This document shows, piece by piece, positions 55,523 through 64,000 of a DNA stretch of 64,000 nt. Under the pieces are notes generated by a model that saw nothing but the letters and a program-made list of their open reading frames with translations, ran no database searches and was not told where the DNA came from. Location of the stretch: the NCBI GenBank assembly GCA_965240325.2, contig OZ251252.1, positions 248,001 through 312,000 of the forward strand. The letters run 5' to 3'. Every line of letters begins with the position of its first letter. The first letter of the stretch is position 1. Made by a program: the position numbers and the translations under genes. This DNA comes from Rebecca billardiae RCC1528. Lineage: Eukaryota > Protista > Haptophyta.

Positions 55523-58156
55523 GCCACAGCAGCGCGGCGGGCGGCGCGGCGGAGGGCGCGGCCGACCCGCCGCCGGTGCGCGTGGTGATTGTCGGCGTGC
55601 CAGCGCACACGCTGCGCTGCCTCCACGTGGTGTTTGCCTACGACCGGCCCGCCGCCGCGGCTGAGTCGGCGTCCGCCACCGCGGCGGCGGCGGCCGCAGC
55701 CGACGGCGCGGCCGCAACCGCGTGGGCGCGCGTGCGCGCGCACGGTGCGTGCGCCCGCTTTGCTTCGCGCCAGCGGGCTGCGGCGCTCCCCGCGCGCGGC
55801 GGCGGTGGCGGGGCGCGCCGCGGCGTGCCGCCCGCACGGCTCATCGCACCTCCCCGCCCTCGCGCGCGCGCGCGCTCCTTTTCCAATGAATTGTTTTGGT
55901 GACTGTTTTCTTTATTGTCTGTGCCCGCGCCCCGCGGCGGCGCGCGCAGTTGCATACAGCGTGGCGGGCGTCACGCAGGCGGTGAGCGTGCGCGCGCGCG
56001 GGCCGGGCGGCGGCGGCGTGCGGCGCGCGTGCATTGTCGCGCTCCGCTCGACGGGTGCGATCTCGCTGCTGCAGGCGGATGGCAGTCCGCTCGCCGAGTG
56101 CGCGCTGCGGCCGCCGCCGCCGCTGCCCGCCGCGCCTGCGCCCGCGTCCGAGGCCTCGCCCGCGCCGAGCGCCGGCGTCTCGCCCGTCACGGCCGTCACG
56201 GCCAGCATGGCTGCGAGCGGCGGCGGGCTTGGCCTGCTCGCGTCGCGACCTCCCTCCGCCATGGCCGCGTCGCCGCCGCCGCCGCCGGCCGGCGGCGGCG
56301 CGGGCGGCGCGCCGCCCGCGCCGGCGTCTGTGCTGTGCGACGGTTTCACCTCGGTCACCGACGCGGTGGGAGATCGAATCTCCGTCACGCACGGCGGCGG
56401 CGGTGTCGGCGGCGCCGCCGTCACCTACCGCGCGCGCGTGTGCGTGCTCCCGAGCTGCGAGCTCACGTCGCGTTGCCTGGACGCGCTTCAAGTATCGGCC
56501 GTGCCGCGCGCCGTGACCGCGGCGCTGCATGCCGAGCTGCTGCGCGCGCCGGACGCGGCCGCGGAGGGCGGCGATGGCGGCGGGGAGGAGCCGAGCGTCG
56601 CGCCGGGCGCGCAGTGGGGCGACGGCGGGCTGAGCTGGGCGCTGTGGTGTGCGCTGCTCCTGCAGGCGACGCCCGAGCCGCCGGAGCCGCCGCCGCCGCG
56701 GCCGGGCGCCGCCGCCGCCGCCGCAGGCGCTGGCGCTGCTGCTGCCGCCGCCGCCGCCGCGGCCGACGAGGGCTCTTCGGACTGGCAGTGGCTGCTCGAG
56801 TCGGAGCTGCATGCGCAGCTCGCGGACGACGCGAGCCTTGCGCCGCTCGCCGCGCTCGCGCGCACGCCGGGGCCGCCGCTGCCCGCCACCGCCGCGCAGC
56901 TGCGCGCGCGCGCGGCCGCCGCCGGCGGCGGCCGCGCGCGCGCGGCCACGCCAGCCGTCGACGCGCGCGGCCGGCCGTGGCCGGACGAGGCGGTGGTCGC
57001 GGCGGTGCGGCCGCACGCGCCGTCGATCCTGGTCGTGCTGCACGCGCTGTACGAGTCGTGCAAGCTCTCCGCGCTGCGCTCGCCGCAGCTCCGACCGTTG
57101 GGCAGGCTGTGCGCGCGGCTCGCGCACCGCCTGGGCGAAAGCCGTTACGTCGACGGTTACGCCCGCGACCTCTGCGACGAGTCGGAGGTGCTCGCGCTGC
57201 TGCGCGCGCCGATGCGCGCGGTCGGCGCCGGCGCCGGCGGCGCGGCCGAGCAGGAGCTGCCGCCGCCGTGCGACGTGCTCCGCTGGATTGGCGACGCGCT
57301 GACTGGCGGCGGCGCGCCGCTGCCGCCGTGCCCGCCGGCGCCGGCCTTCGCGGCGCGCGGCACCCGGCTCTGGGCGGTGACGCGGATCTACCGGCTGCTG
57401 CACGCGCGCATGCACGGCGAGCCGGCGGGCGGGGCGGCGGTGGCGCCGACGGCGGCGCGCGCCGGTGCGGCCGCGCCGCGCCCGCGCCCGCGCGCGGCGC
57501 CGCTGCGTGCTGACGCGGCGGCGCGGCGCGGCGCGGCGCCGGGCGGCGGCGGCGGCGGCGCGGGCGGCGGCGGCGCGGCCGACGGCTCCGGGCGGCGGCC
57601 GCTGCAGCTGCTGCTGCCGGCGAAGGCGATGCGCGCCGCCGCGCGCGCCGCCGCCGCCGCCGCCGCTGCCGCCACCGCCGCCGAGCCCGGCGGCGGCGGT
57701 GCCCCCGGCGGCGGCGCCGACGGCGACGCCAACAGCCACATGGAGTTGGACTCTGATTCCGCCGTTGCGGCGGCGGCGGCGGCGGCTGCGCCCGCGGGCG
57801 CCGACGGCGCGGCCGCCGGCGCGGCGGCGGCGGCGCCGGGCCTGTCGCTCGCCGAGGAGATGGTGGTGGCGATGGTGGAGGTGGGCATCGGCGCGCACGA
57901 GCTCGAGGACCTCCCGCTCGGCGTCGCCGCTCCGCTGTACGACGCATGCCGCACGGCGCGCCACCACGCGTCCGCGCATCTGCCCACTGCGGCATTCCTA
58001 TTAATCGGCCGCGACGATCTGGCGCTGCACGCGGCGGGCGGCGGCGGGGGCGGCGGGCCGGTGGCGGTGGGGCCGACGGGGCAGCTTGCGGCGCGCGCGC
58101 CGCCGCCGCTGGACGAGGCGGACGAGCTGGCCGCGCTCGCCGCCGGCGGCGCGGAG

Positions 58157-58230
<74 letters not shown>

Positions 58231-60550
58231 GACGGCGGCGGCCGCGGGCGTGAGCGCGGCGGCCGGCGCGCCTGGCGCGCCCACGGAGGACGTGGACGGG
58301 CTCGCGATGGTCGCCGCGCGCTCGCGGCTGCGCTTCTGCTCCGACCGGCGGCTCGTCGAGGTGAGGCGGCGGCGGGCGCGCGGGGCGCGCGGCGGCGGGC
58401 GCGCGGGCGCGCGGCGGCGGCGCGGGGCGCGCGGCACGCGCGGCGGCGGCGCGGCGCGCGCGCGGCGGCCGCTGCCGCGCTCGCAGCCGCGGCGGCGCGC
58501 GGTGGGTCGGGGCGCGCGGGTTGGTCGGGGCGGCGGCTGGAGCCGCCAGCCCGGGGTCGGGTGGCGCGCGCGCGCCAGCCAGCGCCGGGCGGGCCCATGC
58601 CCGCGCCGGCGGCCATGCTGCGTGCACCTGCGCGCGCGCTCACGCCGCGTTGCCGCGCGCCGCGCGCGCCCGCGCCCGCCGCGCCTCCGCGCGCGCCCGC
58701 GGCGCGCGCGCCCGCGGCGCGCGGCGCGCCAGGTGTCGTCGATGCTGCAGACGACGCGGCCGCTGCCGCTGAGCGCGCCCGCGGGCGGCGACGGCTCGGA
58801 CGTGCTCCCGCTTGCCGAGCAGCAGGCGCAACTCGCCCTGTTGGCGCGGCGCGCGCTCGCACTGCCTCTTGGCCGCGGGGCGTTTTCGCTCGGGTCGATG
58901 ACGCCGCTCGCGACGGAGTCGCTCGCGGTGCCGCCGCTGACGCTCACGGGCTCGATGGCGCCGAACCACGCGACCGTCACGCTCGAGGCGCCGCTCCCCG
59001 CCGACTCCGTCCTCTGGCCCGAGTTCCACAACGGCGTCGCCGCCGCCCTCCGCTACGAGCCGAGCGGCCTGCTTGCGCACGCCGGAGCGACGTGGCCAGC
59101 TCCTTCGGTGTCGGCCGCGGCGCCGCGCGGCGCGGCGCCCGGGGGTGGCGGCGCCGCGCGCTCGGGCACGGCGGCGGACGGCGGGGGCGGCGGCGGCGCG
59201 GAGTCCGAGCTGCTGCGCGCGTGGATCCCGTACGCGCGCCCCGACGTCTCGCAGCACACGCACGCAGGCATCTTGCTCGGCCTCGGCCTCCAAGGCCACC
59301 TTTTGAGTCTCGCCTCAACCGACTTGTATCGGTATATGGCGCAGGGGCATGACCTGACGATGATGGCGCTGCTGCTCGGCACGGCCGCGGCGCGGCGCGG
59401 CTCGATGCACCCGCCCACCGCCAAGATGCTCTGCCTGCACATCCCCGCGCTGCACCCGCCATCGTTCACCGAGCTTGAACTTGAAGTGCCCGCGATCGTG
59501 CAAGTGGCAGCCATTGTGGGCGTTGGTCTGTTGTATCAGGGCTCGGCACACAGGCTGATGGTCGAGGTGGCTCTGTCGCAGCTCGGGCGCGCGCCCGCCG
59601 CCGAGCTGCTGCAGCACAGGGAGGGCTACGCGCTCGCCGCGGGGCTCGCCCTCGGCATGCTGTGCGCGCGCGCGTGTCCGCCGCGCGCGCGCGCTAGCCA
59701 GCCGCCCGCATGCCCGCCCAAGCGCGCGCGCGCGCGCGCGCGCTGGCTGGCTGACGGGCGCGCTGCCGCGCCGTGCGCACGCGCGCTTGGGCGGCGCGGC
59801 CGCGCAGGGCGCTCGGCCGCGGCACGGACGCGGCGGGCCTGGCGGACCTGTACATCGAGGACAAGCTCGGCCGTTACATCCACGGCGGTTACATCCACGG
59901 CGGCGACGGCGGCGGCGGCGCGGGCGGCGCGCACGCTTCGGCGCCTGGCGGCGGCGGCGGCGCGGGCGGCGCGGGCGGCGCGGGCGGCGGCGCGGCGCGC
60001 GGCGGCGCGGGCGGCGCGGGGCCGTCGCGCTGCTGCCGCATGCTCGAGGGCTCGCACGTCAACACCAACGTCACCGCGCCGGGCGCCATCCTCGCCCTCG
60101 GTCTGCTCTACCTCAAGACAGGTGTCGGCTGCGGCCGCGCGCGCCGCGCGCGCAGCCGCGGCCGCGGCGCCGCGCGCGCGCGCGCGGGCGCTCAGGGGCG
60201 GCCTCGCGGCGCGCGCCCGCGTCACCGCCCGCCGCCCGCCCCCGGCAGGCAACCGCTCGGCGGCCGAGCAGCTGCGCGCGCCCGCCACGCCGTACGAGCT
60301 CGAGCGCGTCCGCCCGGACTGCGTGCAGGTGTGCGCGCGCGTGCGCGCGCGCGCTCAGTCAGCCCTGGCCTGCGCGCGCGCCCACTGCGGCACTCGCGCG
60401 CGCGCCCACTGCGGCACCGGGCGCGCGCGTGCCGCAGCGGGCGCAGCCAGCGCGCGCGGGCTGGCCTCGCCGGACGCCCGCCCCTACCAACCGCCGCTCT
60501 CACCGTCCCCTCGCCCGTGCAACGCCCCTCCTACCCGCACCCCTACCCCT

Positions 60551-60584
<34 letters not shown>

Positions 60585-63500
60585 CACCCTACACCCTACA
60601 CCCTACCACCCTAACCACCCTACCGACCCCGCAGCTGCGCGTGCTCGCGCGCGCGCTCGTGCAGTGGTCCGAAGTGCGCGCGACTGCGGCGTGGGTGCGC
60701 GCGCAGCTGCCGCCCGTGCTGCGCGGCGAGGCGGCGCCGCCGAGCGGCGGCGGCGCCGCCGCCGCCGCCGAGCCGGTCAGCGCGGACGCGGACGACGCGG
60801 GCGTTCGCCTTGCTCACGCGAACGCTGTTGCCGGCGCGTGCATGGCCGTTGGCTTGCGCTACGCCGGCACCGCGCACCGCGGCGCGCAAGGGCTGCTGGC
60901 GGAGGAGGCGCGGCGCATGCACGCGCTGCGCGCCGCCGCGCTCTCTGGCGGCGCGCAGCCCGCCGCGCCCTCGCTCGCGCACTACGTCGCGGCGAACCCG
61001 GGCGGGCGCCCCACGATGGCGGAAGCCGTTACACTCGAGGCGTGCCTGGCAGCCATCCTGCTCGCGCTCGGCTGCGTGATGGCGGGTGCGCGCGTAACGG
61101 CCGGTGTAACGGCCGTAACGGCCGTGGCGGCCGGCACGGGCGGCAGGCCGCGCGCGCGCCGCCGCGCGCGGCCCCGCCACCGATCGCGCCGCGCGCGCGG
61201 CAGGGCGGGGCCGCGCGCGCGCGCGCGCCCACCACGCGCGCGCCGCGCGCCGCGCGCACGCACGCGCCTCACCGCCACCGCGCGCGCTCCCGCCCCCGCC
61301 CGCGCGCGCGCGCGGGTGCGTCGCAGGCAGCGGCCACCTCGAGACGCTGCGGCTGCTGCGGGTGCTCCGCCTGCGCGGCGCGTCAGCGGCGGAAGGCGGC
61401 GGCGGCGCGGGCGGCGCGGCGGTCGGCCACGGCCTGCACATGGCTCTGCACTTGGCCGTTGGGCTGCTATTTCTCGGCGGCGGCCGCTGGACCCTATCGC
61501 GCTCGGACTGCGCGGTCGCCGCCCTCGTCACGGCGTTTTACCCGCTTTACCCGCAGCGCCCGTCGGACAACCGGTACCACCTGCAGGCGCTGCGCCACCT
61601 GTACGTGCTCGCCGCGGAGCCGCGCTGCATCGAGGCGTTCGATGTGGAGACGGGCGCGCAGGTGAGGGGCGCGGCGCCGCGCGTGTGCGCGCGCGTGTGC
61701 GCGTGTGCGTGTGCGTGCGTGTGCGTGTGCGTGTGCGTGTGTGCGTGTGCGTGCATGTGCGTGTGCGTGTGCGTGTGCGTGTGTGTGCGTGTGCGCGTGC
61801 GTGTGTGCGGGGCGGGCGGGTGTGGCGGCGTCGCACGCTGCGCCCCAGCACTGGCGCCGGTGCGCCCGCACGCGCGCTGACGCGCGCGCGCACGCGCACA
61901 CGCACACGCACGCACCGCGCCGCGCGCTGCACGCCGCAGGCCCTGGTGCCGATCGAGGTGGAGGTGCGCGTGGACGGCGCGATGCTCGCGGGCACGCCCG
62001 CCGCCGCTGCCTCCCCGCCGCCCGCCACGCTCACCCTGCGCAAGGTCGCCCCCTGCCTCCTGCCCGAGTTCGACTCAATCGTCGCGCTCCGCGTGCGCGC
62101 GCCACGGGTGTGGCCTCTGACTCTGAACGTGAGCCGGAACGGCGCGCACGCGCTCGCGGTGCGGCGGCGGGTGCTGTACATCAAGCGCAAGGGGTGCGCG
62201 CGCGCGCACACACACGCCGCGCCGCCGCGCCGCGTGGCGCGCGCCCCCCCCGCCGCTCGCGCGCGCGCACACACCCGCTCACGCACGCCGCGCCGCACGC
62301 CGCGCCGCGCCGCCGCCGCGCGCTGCCGCCGCGCGCCGCCGCCGCGCGCTGCCGCCGCGCGCTGCCCGGTGCTGCGGTGGGCGGCTTCGCAGTGGGCACC
62401 TGCCGTACGCGGACGACCAGCGCGCGTTGCGCTCGCTGCTCTGCCAGCCCTTCGCCTCGCTCGCGCCCAAGCTCGGCCAGCTCCGCGCGCTGATGGTCCG
62501 CGGGGGCATGGCGCCAGGCGGCGTCGCTTTCAGAGCGACGCCGCTGCCTGTCAGCGGCGGCGGCGGCGGCGGCGGCGGCGCCGCCGCCGCCGACGCGGGG
62601 TCGTCGCGCGAGCAGTTCCTGAAGGACTTTGGATCCGGTGCGCCCGCGCGCCGCGCGCCGCGCCGCGCCGCGGTCTAGCGCGCGGGCCCGCCCGGCGCCT
62701 GCGCATGGCGCCGCCGGGGGCGCGGCCGCGCGGCCGCGCCGCCGGACGACACGCGGCGCGGCGCGGCGCGGCGGCGCGCTGACGTGTGTGTGCGTGCGTG
62801 CGCGGCCGCGCGCGCTCGCGCGCGCCTCGCCGCGCCGCGCACGGCGTGCACGCGCAGACGCGGCGCTGGTGGCGTTCGCGCGCCTCTTCTGCTCGGCGGA
62901 CGACGAGCGCTCCTCGTTCTGCGGCGCCGCGCTCTTCGAAGGGCTGAGGGCAGGCGCGCCCGAGCTCGCCTACCGGTGTGTGCCCGTGTGTGTGTGCATG
63001 TGTGCGTGCGTTGCGTTGTGTGCGTGTGTGTGGCCGTCGGCATGCGTGTGTGTGCGCGCGTGCGGCGTCTTCCCCCGCGCCCAGGCAGGCAGGCAGCCAG
63101 CCAGCGCGCGCTGCGCCCGCCTCCACGCCCGCCCACGCGCGCGTGCCCCGACCTACCCTCAACCCCAACCCCAACCCCAACCCCAACCCTAACCCTAACC
63201 CTAACCCTAACCCTAACCCTAACCCTAACCCTAACGCAGCTACCTCGAGCTGTGGTGCGCGTGTGCGGCGCTGCAGCGCGGGCAGCTGGGCGGCGTGGCC
63301 GTGCGGCAGCTGCGGCTGGCGCTGCGCTACCCGGACTCGGCGGCGCCGGCGCGGCTACAGGACTGCGGCGCGGGCGGCGCGGGGGGCGGCGCCGCCGGCG
63401 CGGCGGTGCCGCTGCTGCAGCGCGGCTTTGTCTCGAGCGTCTGCACCGCCATCGAAGTGCGCGCACGCGCGCGCCGCGCGACGCGCGACGCGCGCCGCGC

Positions 63501-63893
63501 GCGCCGCACGCCCCGGCCGCGCGCGCGCGCGCGCGCGCCCGCCGGCGGCGCGCCCACCTCAACGCCGGCGCGTCCGCCGCCGCTGCGCGCGCGCAGGTGG
63601 CGCTGGCGGCGCGCGGCGCGGAGCTCGACGCCGCCATGGCCGCCTACCTGCGCGGCTGGGCGATGCCCCCGGACCCGGAGCTCGCCGGACTTTTCGGCGC
63701 CATGCTGGCTTACCACGACGTGCCGGCGCGCGCGGAGCTCGAGGCGCTGGCGAGCGCGGCGGCGGCGGCGGGGGGCGGCGGCGCGAGCTTCCCGCGGTGG
63801 CTGCTCGCCGCGCGCGCCGCGCTGCCGGCCACGCCCACCGCCACGCTCATCCGGCTGGCCACGGCCTTCAAGGCGGCGGCCCAGCTCGCGTAG
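53254..63893 (+). CDS. ANAPC1: Anaphase-promoting complex subunit 1
   Basis: [105 protein letters not shown]. Introns 53395..53656, 54135..54298, 55745..55949, 58361..58732, 59662..59807, 60122..60248, 60329..60634, 61086..61326, 61662..61939, 62194..62392, 62638..62857, 62976..63239, 63457..63596. Confidence 0.95.
60525..60625 (+). repeat. Degenerate (CCCTAA)n telomere-like tract in APC1 intron 60329..60634
   Basis: ctaaccctaaccctaaaccctaaccctaaccctacaccctacaccctacaccctacc. Confidence 0.9.
61681..61808 (+). repeat. (GTGTGC)n alternating purine-pyrimidine microsatellite in an APC1 intron
   Basis: Read directly from the sequence; a similar tract lies at 62976-63062. Confidence 0.9.
63163..63235 (+). 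repeat. (CCCCAA)4(CCCTAA)8 interstitial telomeric array abutting an intron acceptor
   Basis: Eight perfect CCCTAA units (63187-63234) followed directly by CGCAG, with the acceptor ending at 63239. Confidence 0.97.
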
Positions 63894-64000
63894 GCGGCGG
63901 CGGCCGGGCGGACCGGAGGGCGCGGGGCCATGCGGCGCCGTGAGCCCCGGGCCGGGCCGCGGCCGCCGAAGTGGCGGCTTGGACCGGACTCCGTCGTGCG

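Noticed and set aside
55589-62782. 2397-aa ORF as a single-exon protein
   Set aside because: It reads through stop-free introns and drifts in and out of the APC1 frame; the spliced model restores the conserved motifs.
63163-63235. True chromosome end
   Set aside because: The array is short, internal and followed by further APC1 exons.

Overview
Very GC-rich (roughly 75% by eye), gene-dense eukaryotic nuclear DNA with short spliceosomal introns. Gene content, composition and TTAGGG-type repeats suggest a flagellated alga, probably a haptophyte such as a member of the Pavlovales (inference only). Most ORFs in the track are shadow frames, so gene models were rebuilt by hand from splice sites. 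Recognisable genes: a GT92-like glycosyltransferase, a reticulon, a giant LRR + EF-hand + six-C2 (RPGRIP1-type) protein, an Orn/Lys/Arg decarboxylase, an FIH/HIF1AN-like JmjC hydroxylase, a FAM166/CIMIP2-like ciliary protein, a sulfotransferase, a DUF6895-like protein, a phospholipid scramblase, NAA10 and APC1. An orphan gene is present twice as an inverted duplication (14.5-17.8 kb and 26.9-30.1 kb). A lower-GC island at about 41.9-50.1 kb holds a 3.1-kb element with ~650-bp inverted termini and a 4-bp target-site duplication, inserted in a possible decayed copia-like element, plus a second short-TIR element. The two most unusual signals are (1) telomere-type (CCCTAA)n tracts placed on the sense strand at intron 3' ends, where they supply CTAAC branch-point motifs, and (2) a recurring AT-rich palindrome, GAGAT-NNN-ATCTC, in exons and introns of unrelated genes.
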